Assembly: GCA_050187355.1 (NCBI GenBank)
Contig: JBFWXO010000006.1
Span: forward strand, 43,658 to 107,657
DNA length: 64,000 bases
Direction: 5' to 3'
From: Vicinamibacterales bacterium
Lineage (GTDB): Bacteria; Acidobacteriota; Vicinamibacteria; Vicinamibacterales; UBA2999
The position numbers and the translations under genes were made by a program. The notes under the pieces were generated by a model that was not told the origin of the DNA, did not search any database, and saw only the letters and a list, made by a program, of their open reading frames with translations. Positions 23,103 to 32,188 of this stretch are shown piece after piece (the stretch's first letter is position 1; each line of letters opens with the position of its first letter).

Positions 23103-25159
23103 GCGCGCTCGCCCGCTACGGGTTCGCGGCGCTGTCGGTGCTGCTCGGCACCATCGGGCTCTCCGCCTTCAGCCGGATCTTCGACGTCGAGCCCGCGCCG
23201 TTCTTCCTCTTCACGCCGTCGGTCTTCGTGGCCGCCGTCGTCGGCGGCCTCGGCCCCGGGGTGTTCGCCACCTTCCTCGGCTCGCTGACCGTCGAGCTCG
23301 TGCTGATGGGCACCGAGAACCAGCAGGGGTCGCTGGAACTCGTGCGCCTGGGCCTGTTCGTCGTCATCGGCACCGGGATCAGCGCGCTGGCCGGCAGCCT
23401 GAAGGACGCCCGCGCGCTCGCCGAGGACCGCGAGCGCCTGGCCAACCGGCGGGCCGACGAGCTGGCCTCGGCGCGGCTCGCCGCCGAGCGCAGCGCGCGG
23501 GAGGCGGAGCGGCGGGCGGCGGAGCTCGAGGCGCTGTTCAACGTGTCGCCGGTGGGCCTGGCCCGAACCGACGATCCGGAGTGCCGGACGATCACGGTGA
23601 ACCAGAGCCTCGCCCGCCGGCTGGGACTGTCCGGCGACGGCGCGGCCGCCTCGCCGGCGCACCCCACGGTCCTCACGACCGTCGACGATCTCCGGCTGAT
23701 CGGCGCCAGCGAGCTGCCGCTGCAGACCGCCGCACGGTCGCGGCGCCCCGTCGTGGACGCCGAGTTCGCCACGCAGCCCGTCGAGGGGCGGCCGGTGCTG
23801 CTCCAGGGCCATGCCGTCCCCCTGCTGGACGAGCAGGGCGCCGTACGCGGCGCGCTGGGGGTCTTCACCGACGTCACCGAGCACCGGCTGGCGGGCGTCG
23901 AGCAGGGGTTCCTCGCCGAGGCCTCGCGGCTGCTGAGCGGCTCGCTCGACTACGGCGAGACACTGCACCGCATCGCGGCCCTCGGGGTGCCGGACATGGC
24001 CGACTGGGCCGTGCTCGACGTGACGGACGCGGCGGGGCGCGTCACGCGCCTCACCGCCACGCACCGCGATCCGGAGATCCAGGCGGCCCTCGAGGCGGCC
24101 GGACTCTGGCGGCGGGGCGGATTCGAGCCGCCGCCCCCCACGCTCGTCGACCTGGCAAAGGCGCCGGTGCTCGAGGCGCGGGTCGACGAGGACGCGCTCC
24201 ACCGGTGGGGCGCCACCGAGTCGCAGATCGCCAGCCTCGCGCCGGCCTGCATCGGCTCGGCGCTTGCCGTGCCCCTCGTGCTGCACGGCGCCGCCGTCGG
24301 GGTGCTCGCGTGGGTGCGCGGGCCGGACCGGCCCGCGTTCGACGCGCGCGACCTGGCCCTGGCGGAGGAAATCGGACGCCGGGCCGCGATGGCGGTGGAG
24401 CACGCGCGGCTGTACGCCGAGGCGCAGTCGGCCAGCCGCCTGAAGGACGAGTTCGTGGCCACGCTGTCGCACGAGCTCCGCACGCCGCTCAACGCCCTGC
24501 TCGGCTGGACCGATCTCCTGCGCACCGGGCGGCTGGGCCCGGAGCGGCAGCGGCAGGCCATCGAAGCCATCCACCGCGCGGCGAACGCGCAGGCCCTCCT
24601 CACGAACGACCTCGTGGACATCTCGCGGGCCGTGTCCGGCAAGTTCCAGCTCATGCCGCGAGAGGTGGAGTTCGACGGGCTCGTCCGGGCGGCGACCGAG
24701 ACGTTCAGGCTCGCCGCCGAGTCGAAGGGCCTGTGGCTCCGGTGCCGCGTGGCCGAGCCCCTGCCGCGCGTGGTCGTCGACCCCGACCGCGTTCGCCAGA
24801 TCGCCTACAACCTCGTCGGCAACGCGGTGAAGTTCACGGCGTCCGGCGGCGTCGACGTGGAGGCGTCCGTCGACGAGGACTGGCTGCTGCTCGCGGTGCG
24901 CGACACGGGAATCGGCATCGATCCCGTCTTCCTGCCCCACGTGTTCGAGCCGTTCCGGCAGGCCGATGGCAGCGTGTCGCGGGAGTTCGGCGGCCTGGGC
25001 CTCGGGCTGTCGATCGTCCGCGCGCTCGTGCAGCTGCACGGCGGCACGGTGGGCGTGCACAGCCAGGGGCGGGGACAGGGGGCCACCTTCACGGTCCGCC
25101 TGCCGCTGGCGCCGCCGGGCGCCAGGCGTCCCCAGGACGTCGTGGCGCAGTCGGCCTGA
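23099..25159 (+). CDS. Membrane sensor histidine kinase (DUF4118-like TM, PAS, GAF, HisKA, HATPase)
   Basis: LSHELRTPLN H-box, NLVGNAVKF, VRDTGIGI, FRQAD, GGLGLGL. Confidence 0.92.
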   Translation: MSALARYGFAALSVLLGTIGLSAFSRIFDVEPAPFFLFTPSVFVAAVVGGLGPGVFATFLGSLTVELVLMGTENQQGSLELVRLGLFVVIGTGISALAGSLKDARALAEDRERLANRRADELASARLAAERSAREAERRAAELEALFNVSPVGLARTDDPECRTITVNQSLARRLGLSGDGAAASPAHPTVLTTVDDLRLIGASELPLQTAARSRRPVVDAEFATQPVEGRPVLLQGHAVPLLDEQGAVRGALGVFTDVTEHRLAGVEQGFLAEASRLLSGSLDYGETLHRIAALGVPDMADWAVLDVTDAAGRVTRLTATHRDPEIQAALEAAGLWRRGGFEPPPPTLVDLAKAPVLEARVDEDALHRWGATESQIASLAPACIGSALAVPLVLHGAAVGVLAWVRGPDRPAFDARDLALAEEIGRRAAMAVEHARLYAEAQSASRLKDEFVATLSHELRTPLNALLGWTDLLRTGRLGPERQRQAIEAIHRAANAQALLTNDLVDISRAVSGKFQLMPREVEFDGLVRAATETFRLAAESKGLWLRCRVAEPLPRVVVDPDRVRQIAYNLVGNAVKFTASGGVDVEASVDEDWLLLAVRDTGIGIDPVFLPHVFEPFRQADGSVSREFGGLGLGLSIVRALVQLHGGTVGVHSQGRGQGATFTVRLPLAPPGARRPQDVVAQSA

Positions 25160-25181
25160 CGGCCCGTCGTGAGTCCCGCGG

Positions 25182-25856
25182 TCACCCAGAGCGGCCGCGG
25201 GTGACCAGGGCCACCGCGCCGGACACGGGCCCGGCGAACACGACGCGGCCGTGGTCGAGGACGACGGCCCGGTCGGCCGCGTGCGCCAGTTCCGCCAGGT
25301 CGTGCGTGACCCAGACGATGGGCACGCCAAGCGCCTGACGGGTCCGCAGCACGTAGGGGAGGATCCGGTCGCGCCGCGCGGGGTCCAGCGCGCCGAGCGG
25401 CTCGTCGAGCAGCAGCAGGTCCGGCGCGGCGGCCAGCGCGCGACCCAGGGCGACGCGCTGCTTCTCGCCGCCCGAGAGCGAGGGCACCGGCCGGTCGAGG
25501 AGCGGCGCAATCTCCAGCATCTCGGCCACGGCGTCCACGCGCGCGCGATCGTGCGCGCCGTACTCGAGGTTGCGGCGGACGCTCATGTGGGGGAACAGGA
25601 GGGCGTCCTGCGGAACGTAGCCGACGCGCCGCCGACGAGGCATCAGGTCCACGCCGGCGCGGGTGTCGAGCAGCGTCCGTCCGCCGACGCGCACCACGCC
25701 CTCGGCCCGGCGCAGGCCGGCCAGCGTCTCGAGCAGGGTCGTCTTCCCCGCGCCCGACGGTCCCACGAGCCCGAGCACCTGCACCTCGGCGCGGTCGCGC
25801 ACTTCGAGGGCGAACTCGTCCTGGGCGACCCGGACGTCGATCTCGAGCGCGATCAC
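25182..25856 (-). CDS. modC: Molybdate ABC transporter ATPase
   Basis: GPSGAGKT, LSGGEKQRVA, LLLLDEP; GTG start overlapping the modB end. Confidence 0.9.
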   Translation of the reverse strand: MIALEIDVRVAQDEFALEVRDRAEVQVLGLVGPSGAGKTTLLETLAGLRRAEGVVRVGGRTLLDTRAGVDLMPRRRRVGYVPQDALLFPHMSVRRNLEYGAHDRARVDAVAEMLEIAPLLDRPVPSLSGGEKQRVALGRALAAAPDLLLLDEPLGALDPARRDRILPYVLRTRQALGVPIVWVTHDLAELAHAADRAVVLDHGRVVFAGPVSGAVALVTRGRSG

Positions 25857-26518
25857 CGGCGCCCCCGGGGCACCGCGGCATTGGCCACGGCGAGCACGGC
25901 GAAGGCGAGGGCCACCGACACCAGCATCAGCACGTTGGCATCCGCCTCGCGGCCGGCCTCGGTGAGGTTGAAGATGGCGACGGCGAGGGTCTGGGTCTCG
26001 CCCGGAATGCCGCCGGCGACGACGATGGTCGCGCCGAACTCGCCGAGGGCGCGGGCGAATCCCAGGAGCGCACCCGCAAGCACGCTCCGCCTGGCGAGCG
26101 GCAGCGTGATGGTGGCGACCACCCGGAGGGGGCCCGCCCCCAGCGACGCGGCCATCGTCTCGAAGCGGCGGTCCACCTGCTCGATGCCGGCCCGGATGGT
26201 CATGACCATCAGCGGCAGGCTCATCACGGCCATGGCCGCCACCACGGCCTTCCACGTGAACACCACCTCGAGGCCGATCCCGTCCAGGAGGCGGCCCAGC
26301 GGCCGCGTCCGTCCCAGCGCCTGCAGCAGGAGCAGGCCCACGGCCACGGGCGGCAGGACGAGCGGCAGCGACACCAGCGTCTCGATGAGGGCCTTGCCGC
26401 GGAACGACGTCCGCGCGAGCACGAGGGCCACGACGAGCGCGACGGGCAGCGCGAGCAGCATGGCGACGGCCGCGGTGGCGACCGTGAACGACGCGATGCC
26501 GAGGACGCTCTGGTTCAT
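25853..26518 (-). CDS. modB: Molybdate ABC transporter permease
   Basis: LPLVLPPVAVG, RALGEFGATIVVAGGIPGETQTLAVAIF. Confidence 0.93.
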   Translation of the reverse strand: MNQSVLGIASFTVATAAVAMLLALPVALVVALVLARTSFRGKALIETLVSLPLVLPPVAVGLLLLQALGRTRPLGRLLDGIGLEVVFTWKAVVAAMAVMSLPLMVMTIRAGIEQVDRRFETMAASLGAGPLRVVATITLPLARRSVLAGALLGFARALGEFGATIVVAGGIPGETQTLAVAIFNLTEAGREADANVLMLVSVALAFAVLAVANAAVPRGRR

Positions 26519-26535
26519 GCCGGACGCGGGCGCCG

Positions 26536-27288
26536 TCAGCGGCGGACGAGGCCGAAGCCGGCGGCCGTGAAGATCGCGGCGGCCTCGTCGCCCGACAGGT
26601 AGGCCAGGAACTTCGCCGCGGCGGCGGCCTGGCGGGCGTGGGTGACGGCGGCCGGATACCGGATGGACGGCGCGGCGTCCTCGGGCACGCGGTACAGGAC
26701 GGGCACCGCGGCGTCGGTCCTGGCGTCCGTGTCGTAGACCACGGCCGCGTCGGCGCGGCCCGACCGGACCGCGGCGAGTGCCGCCCGGACGGTGACCGTC
26801 GGCACGACGCGCGGCGCCACCGACGCCCAGACGCCGGCCCGCTCGAGCCACCGGCGGGCGTAGACGCCGGCCGGCACGCTCTCCGGATTCCCCAGGGCGA
26901 GCCGGCGAAGGCCGGGCGCGGCCAGGTCGGCGGGACCGGAGACACGGCGGGCGGTGCCGGGCGGCCCGACGACGACGAGCCGGTTGGTCAGCAGGTCGAT
27001 CCGGGATCCGGCCACGACGTGGCCCGCCCGCTCCACCAGGTCCATCTGCGTGTCGTCGGCGCTGACGAAGACATCCACGCGCGCCCCTTCGATGATCTGG
27101 CGGGCGAGGAAGTTGGAGCCGGCCGTGTTCAGCCGCACCTGCGGTCCGCCGCGCTCCTCGTAGCGCCGGGCGATGTCGCTCATGACGTCGCCCAGGCTCG
27201 AGGCGACCGACACGAGGAGCGGCGGCCTGGGGGCCGGATCGGGCGCCAGCGCGGCGGCGGCGGCGAGCACGACCAGGAGTCGCGTCAT
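26536..27288 (-). CDS. modA: Molybdate-binding protein
   Basis: SVASSL, AGSNFLARQI.EGA..DVFVSAD, GNPESVPAGVYA, DAAVVYDTDA. Confidence 0.92.
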   Translation of the reverse strand: MTRLLVVLAAAAALAPDPAPRPPLLVSVASSLGDVMSDIARRYEERGGPQVRLNTAGSNFLARQIIEGARVDVFVSADDTQMDLVERAGHVVAGSRIDLLTNRLVVVGPPGTARRVSGPADLAAPGLRRLALGNPESVPAGVYARRWLERAGVWASVAPRVVPTVTVRAALAAVRSGRADAAVVYDTDARTDAAVPVLYRVPEDAAPSIRYPAAVTHARQAAAAAKFLAYLSGDEAAAIFTAAGFGLVRR

Positions 27289-27296
27289 CGTCCCGA

Positions 27297-27314
27297 CAGA
27301 ATAGTATGATTCTG
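27297..27314. promoter_or_regulatory. Palindromic operator overlapping divergent -10-like hexamers
   Basis: CAGAAT-agtatg-ATTCTG between modA and the TOBE/HTH gene; contains TATGAT (+) and TACTAT (-). Confidence 0.55.
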
Positions 27315-27320
27315 GCCGAT

Positions 27321-27878
27321 ATGGGTGTCGATTCCCGTCGGATCACGGGCCCCAGGCCCGCGGCCGCTGGCGTCCAGCCGGGCGCCGCCCTCCTGGGCGT
27401 GCGCGAGGCGGCGCGCCGGCTCGGCGTCAGCTACTCGGCCTTCAAGCAGTGGATCTACCGCGGCAGCGTGCGCACGATCCGCACGAGCGGCGGCCATCAC
27501 CGCATCCCGCTGGCCGAGGTCGATCGCCTGCTCGCGCAGGGGCCGGCGCCGCCGGCCGCGGCGGGACCGGTCCGGACGGCGCCGCGCGGCGTGCTCGTGG
27601 CCCTCAGCGGGCGCAACCAGCTCCGGGGCATCGTGGACGAGGTGCGGCACGACGGCCTGCTCGCGCAGGTCCGGCTGCGCATCGGCGACCAGCGGCTGAC
27701 GGCCGTGATCACGCGCGACGCGCTGGTCGAGCTGGGCCTGAAGCGCGGCGACGAGGCGCTGGCCATCGTCAAGTCCACCGAGGTGATGATCGGCCGCGAG
27801 GACACGTCCGGCGGGGCGCCCGGGCGGCGACGCGGCGCGGCGCCCCGCGGCAGGGCCGGCAGCGGGCGTTCGCGGTAG
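27321..27878 (+). CDS. Excisionase-type HTH + TOBE (Mop) molybdate-responsive regulator
   Basis: VREAARRLGVSYSAFKQWIYRG...GGHHRIP HTH; SGRNQLRG...AVIT...LGL...AIVKSTEV TOBE; divergent from modA. Confidence 0.85.
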   Translation: MGVDSRRITGPRPAAAGVQPGAALLGVREAARRLGVSYSAFKQWIYRGSVRTIRTSGGHHRIPLAEVDRLLAQGPAPPAAAGPVRTAPRGVLVALSGRNQLRGIVDEVRHDGLLAQVRLRIGDQRLTAVITRDALVELGLKRGDEALAIVKSTEVMIGREDTSGGAPGRRRGAAPRGRAGSGRSR

Positions 27879-27948
27879 GATGGCGGCGGCCGGGCACCGC
27901 CGCGTCCGCCCGCGCCGCGCGACCATCCGATCTCACGAGGCCCGTCCC

Positions 27949-29532
27949 ATGCGCCGGTTCCTGCCGCTCCTGCTCCTCCTCACGGCCCTGGGCCTGCCCC
28001 TCGGCGCCCAGTCGCCCGGGCTCGACCCGGCCACCATCGCGCGGGTGCGCGAGGAGGCGAGCACGCGCTCGAAGGTCTACGAGCACGTGTGGTGGCTGTC
28101 CGAGGCGCTCGGCCCGCGCGTGACCGGCACCCCCGCGTTCGCGAAGGCGAGCGAGTGGGTCATGCAGCAGTTCCAGGCCTGGGGCCTCGCCAACGTGCAC
28201 CAGGAGCGCTGGCCGTTCGGGCAGGGCTGGACCATCGAGCACTTCAGCGCGACGATGATTGCGCCGCAGCCGTCCGTCCTCATCGGGCTGCCGCGCGCGT
28301 ACTCGCCCTCGACGCCGGGCGTCGTGACGAGCGACGTCGTCCACGTGCGCGTCGAGCGCGAGGCGGACCTCGCCGCCTACCGGGGAAAGCTGCGCGGAAA
28401 GATCGTCGTGATGCAGCCCGTGCGCGCCGTGCGCATGCTGGAAGGGCCGATCATCCTGCGCATGGACGACGGGCCCTGGTGGACCGAGGCGGCGACGCCG
28501 GTCGAGGCCACCGAGACGGCGCCGGCGGCCGGACGGGCCGAGGCGATCCGCGAGCGCCAGCGCCTGGCGGCCGCGATCCAGCGCTTCCTCGTGGAGGAAG
28601 GCGTGAGCGTGCTGCTCGAACGCGGCGGCGACCAGGACACGGCCGCCGGCGGCAGCGACCTCACCTGGGAACAGCAGCGGCCCGACGGCGGCACGATCTT
28701 CCCGACCGGCGGCGGCTCGCGCGATCCCGGCGCGCCGGCGCAGGTGCCGTCCGCGACGCTCGCGGTCGAGCACTACAACCGCATCGTCCGGCTGCTCGAG
28801 CACGACATGCCGGTACGGCTGCAGATCGAGATCCGGACGGCCTTCCATCCCGAGGGCGCCGACGGCAACGGGATCAACACGGTGGGGGAGATTCCGGGCA
28901 CCGACCTGGCGCAGGAAGTCGTGATCCTCGGCGCGCACATGGACAGCGTGCCCTACGCCATCGGCGCCACGGACAACGCGACGGGCACGGCCGCGATGAT
29001 GGAGGCCGTGCGCGCGATCCAGGCGCTGAAGCTCCGGCCGCGGCGCACGATCCGGGTCGTGCTGTGGGGCGGTGAGGAACAGGGGCTGCTCGGGTCGCGC
29101 GCCTACGTCGCCCGGCACTTCTGGAACGCGGCGGCGAAGCGGCCGACGGCCGAGCACGCCAACGTCGCCGCGTATTTCAACCTCGACAACGGCACGGGGC
29201 GGATCCGCGGCATCTGGGGCCAGGGCAACAAGGGCGCGCTGCCCATCTTCGAGCGCTGGGGAGAGCCGCTGAAGGATCTCGGCTGGAAGATGGCGAGCCC
29301 GCGGAGCGTCGGCGCCACCGACCATGCGTCGTTCGACCAGGTCGGGCTGCCGGGCTTCCAGTTCATCCAGGAGCGGCTCGAGTACAACTCGCGGTCGCAC
29401 CACTCGAACATGGACACGTTCGACCGCGTGCAGCGCGCCGACGCCGAGCAGCAGGGCGTGGTGGCCGCGGTGTTCGCGTGGCAGGCCGCCAACTGGCCCG
29501 ACAAGCTCCCGCGAAAGCCCCTGCAGCCCTAG
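27949..29532 (+). CDS. Secreted M28-family zinc peptidase
   Basis: Signal peptide; GAHMDS, GATDNATG, GEEQGLLGS, NLDNG, TDHASF, HHSNMDT. Confidence 0.9.
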   Translation: MRRFLPLLLLLTALGLPLGAQSPGLDPATIARVREEASTRSKVYEHVWWLSEALGPRVTGTPAFAKASEWVMQQFQAWGLANVHQERWPFGQGWTIEHFSATMIAPQPSVLIGLPRAYSPSTPGVVTSDVVHVRVEREADLAAYRGKLRGKIVVMQPVRAVRMLEGPIILRMDDGPWWTEAATPVEATETAPAAGRAEAIRERQRLAAAIQRFLVEEGVSVLLERGGDQDTAAGGSDLTWEQQRPDGGTIFPTGGGSRDPGAPAQVPSATLAVEHYNRIVRLLEHDMPVRLQIEIRTAFHPEGADGNGINTVGEIPGTDLAQEVVILGAHMDSVPYAIGATDNATGTAAMMEAVRAIQALKLRPRRTIRVVLWGGEEQGLLGSRAYVARHFWNAAAKRPTAEHANVAAYFNLDNGTGRIRGIWGQGNKGALPIFERWGEPLKDLGWKMASPRSVGATDHASFDQVGLPGFQFIQERLEYNSRSHHSNMDTFDRVQRADAEQQGVVAAVFAWQAANWPDKLPRKPLQP

Positions 29533-29566
29533 GCGGCGTCGGCCCGGCCGACCGCCGGGCCCGCGG

Positions 29567-30418
29567 TCACGGCGTGCGGGGCTGGCGGAACGCCGCGACG
29601 ACGTAGGCGTACGCCCGCGCCGGCCGCCCGTGCACGAGGGGCGGGCGGAAGCCCAGCGTCTTGACGGCGTCCAGCGTCGGCTGATCGAACCCGGGGGCCG
29701 ACCGCACGATCTTCATCGCGTCGATCGCCCCGGTTGCCGACAGCGACAGCTCGGCCATCGTCACGCCGTCGAACATCGCGTTGGGCGGATAGAGCGGCAT
29801 CACGGCCTGGCCGGTCGGGGCCGGCGCGGCGTCGGACGACCTGGCGACCGTCTCCGGCGGCTGCCCCAGCGTGCCGGTGTAGAGCGACGGGGGGCGGAAC
29901 AGGCCCATTACGAGCACCGTCGACGCCGTGGGCCGGCGGGTCGTGAGATCGACCGGCGCGCCGGCCGGGGGCACCGCGACGTCCTGGGCCGGCTCGAAGG
30001 TCCAGCCGCGCACGGCCATCATCAACGCCGCGGTGAAGGGGGGCGTCTGCCGGATCGCGGTCACGCCGCTCACCCGGCCTTCGGGTGTCACGTTCACTTC
30101 CAGGAGCACCTCGCCGCCGGCGACGGCCTGGGGTGGAATCATCGGCAGGCCGCCGTCGACGAACCTCGCCGGGGCGAGCGCCTGCCGCGGCCGCTCTGAC
30201 GCCTCGCCGGCCGCCGCGGCGGGAGGCGCCGGGGCGGACCCGGTCATCGGCCGCCACGTCTCCTTGACGTCTTCGTTGGTCAACACCCGGGCAGGCGCCG
30301 CGATGGCGCGGCGCCGGGCCGCTTCCCGAGCCGCGACGTCGCCGAGCGACTGGGCGGGCGCGGTGGTGGCGGTCAGCGCGGCGACCACGGCGATGGCGGA
30401 GACGGCGCGCGGGGACAT
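29567..30418 (-). CDS. TonB C-terminal-like domain protein (two apparent copies)
   Basis: GEVLLEVNVTPEGRV...AVRGWTFEPA and MAELSLSATGAI...VRSAPGFDQ..LDAVK...FRP; N-terminal signal-like segment. Confidence 0.65.
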   Translation of the reverse strand: MSPRAVSAIAVVAALTATTAPAQSLGDVAAREAARRRAIAAPARVLTNEDVKETWRPMTGSAPAPPAAAAGEASERPRQALAPARFVDGGLPMIPPQAVAGGEVLLEVNVTPEGRVSGVTAIRQTPPFTAALMMAVRGWTFEPAQDVAVPPAGAPVDLTTRRPTASTVLVMGLFRPPSLYTGTLGQPPETVARSSDAAPAPTGQAVMPLYPPNAMFDGVTMAELSLSATGAIDAMKIVRSAPGFDQPTLDAVKTLGFRPPLVHGRPARAYAYVVAAFRQPRTP

Positions 30419-30526
30419 GGACCCTCCACGACTACACTACCGCACCCCACGCGCTCCGGCGGGGCCCGCCGCGATCTTGCGCAGTCAGCGCGCGCGAAGG
30501 CGGTCAACCCCGTATATCCTGGGACC

Positions 30527-30883
30527 ATGGCAGGCGCCCTCCGGGGCCCCGGGTTCCGCGCGGCGGTGGTCCAGCTGGTGCTGGTGTCGCTCCTGGCGGT
30601 GAATGCCTCGGCGGCATTCCACGACCGGTCCGACGATCCGACGTGCGACGGAATCCTCGGGGGCGGCGGCTACGGGCTCGCGATCGTTCCTGCCGACGGC
30701 CCCGTCCATAAGGCCGAGCACTGCGTCGTCTGCCACGCGCTGCAGTCCGCGCGGGCGTCGCAGGACATCGCCCGCCACGCGCCGCCCGTCGCCCACGTTC
30801 GCGTCGCGCCGCCGATGGCGGTCAGCGTCCGCGATCGACTCGTCACACTCGCCTCGCAAGTACGCGCACCTCCCGCCGCCTGA
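30527..30883 (+). CDS. DUF2946/CruR-like leader protein with CxxC and C-terminal RAPP motif
   Basis: N-terminal hydrophobic helix, HKAEHCVVCH, ends QVRAPPAA*; directly upstream of a metal-uptake operon. Confidence 0.75.
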   Translation: MAGALRGPGFRAAVVQLVLVSLLAVNASAAFHDRSDDPTCDGILGGGGYGLAIVPADGPVHKAEHCVVCHALQSARASQDIARHAPPVAHVRVAPPMAVSVRDRLVTLASQVRAPPAA

Positions 30884-30938
30884 CCGTCGCAGGTGAACGG
30901 GGATGCGGGCCGCCTGGCCCGCAAGGGAGGGTGTGGTC

Positions 30939-32180
30939 ATGTACGCACGTCGAGTGGCCTGTGCGGCCGTCGTTGCCGCGTTGTCGTGGACGCCGGCCCC
31001 TGCCTGGGCGCAGGAGGCCGATAGGGTTCAGGCGCTGCAGCGGCAGATCGAGGATCTCCAGAAGGACTTCGCCGACAAGCTGGCCGCCCTGCAGGCGGAG
31101 GTGGCCGCGCTGAAGGCCTCGCAGGCCGCCGCCGAGGCGGCCGCGGCCGCGGTGCCCGTGGCCCCGCCGGCGGGCGCCGGCCTCACGACCGGCAAGGTCT
31201 TCAACCCGGACGTGGCCGTGATCGGCAGCTTCCTCGGCGCCGCCGGCCGCAATCCCGTCGATCCCGCGCCCGCGCTCGAGATGGCCGAATCCGAGGTCTC
31301 CCTGCAGGCGGTCATCGATCCGTACGCGCGCGGCGACTTCTTCCTGTCGTTCGGGCACCAGGGCGTCGACCTCGAGGAGGGCTTCATCACCTTCACCGAG
31401 CTGCCGGGGAAGCTGCTGGTCAAGGCCGGCAAGATGCGCACGGCGTTCGGCAAGGTGGACGGCATGCACTCGCACGCGCTGCCCTGGGTCGACCGGCCGC
31501 TCGTCACGACGAACCTGCTGGGCGGCGAGGAAGGGCTGTCGGATGCCGGTGTCTCGATGGCACGCCTCATCCCGGCCGGGACGCTCTTCCTGGAAGCGAC
31601 CGGTCAGGTCTTCCGCGGCGAGGCCGGCGACGGCGTGTTCCAGACGGCCGAGCGCAGCGACCTGAGCTACCTCGGACACCTCCGCGCGTACCACGACCTC
31701 AGCGAGTCGACCAACATCGACCTCGGGGCCTCGGTCAGCCGCGGGCACAACGGGGCCGGCCTGGTGGACGGCAGCGATCTCGGCCGGTTCACGACCCGCC
31801 TCTACGGCACCGACGTCACGCTGCGCTGGCGGCCGCTGCAGCGGGCCATCTACCGCCAGTTCATCGGGCGCAGCGAGGTCGTGTGGAGCCGGCGCGAGCA
31901 GTTCGGCGGGGCGCAGCACGCCATGGGCTTCTACGTTTCCGGCGACTATCAGCTCGCGCGGCGATGGTTCGCGGGCGCGCGCTTCGACCGCTCGGGGCGG
32001 GCCGACGCGGGCGACGTGGTGGACCGCGGCGGGTCGGTGCTGCTCACCTACCGGCCGAGCGAGTTCTCGCAGGTGCGCGGCCAGTACCGCCGCATCCATT
32101 TCGGCGATGCCGGGAACGGCAACGAGCTGCTGTTCCAGGCCCAGTTCTCGATCGGGGCGCACGGCGCCCATGCGTTCTGA
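30939..32180 (+). CDS. Outer-membrane beta-barrel/porin-like protein of the metal-uptake operon
   Basis: SD GGGAGG; signal peptide AWA-Q; coiled coil; FNPDVAVIG, GMHSHALPW; amphipathic strands; C-terminal QFSIGAHGAHAF. Confidence 0.75.
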   Translation: MYARRVACAAVVAALSWTPAPAWAQEADRVQALQRQIEDLQKDFADKLAALQAEVAALKASQAAAEAAAAAVPVAPPAGAGLTTGKVFNPDVAVIGSFLGAAGRNPVDPAPALEMAESEVSLQAVIDPYARGDFFLSFGHQGVDLEEGFITFTELPGKLLVKAGKMRTAFGKVDGMHSHALPWVDRPLVTTNLLGGEEGLSDAGVSMARLIPAGTLFLEATGQVFRGEAGDGVFQTAERSDLSYLGHLRAYHDLSESTNIDLGASVSRGHNGAGLVDGSDLGRFTTRLYGTDVTLRWRPLQRAIYRQFIGRSEVVWSRREQFGGAQHAMGFYVSGDYQLARRWFAGARFDRSGRADAGDVVDRGGSVLLTYRPSEFSQVRGQYRRIHFGDAGNGNELLFQAQFSIGAHGAHAF

Positions 32181-32188
32181 GGTGTGAC

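Noticed and set aside
27306-27878. Prophage or integrative element suggested by an excisionase-like HTH
   Set aside because: The HTH is fused to a TOBE domain next to modABC; no integrase, att site or phage genes.
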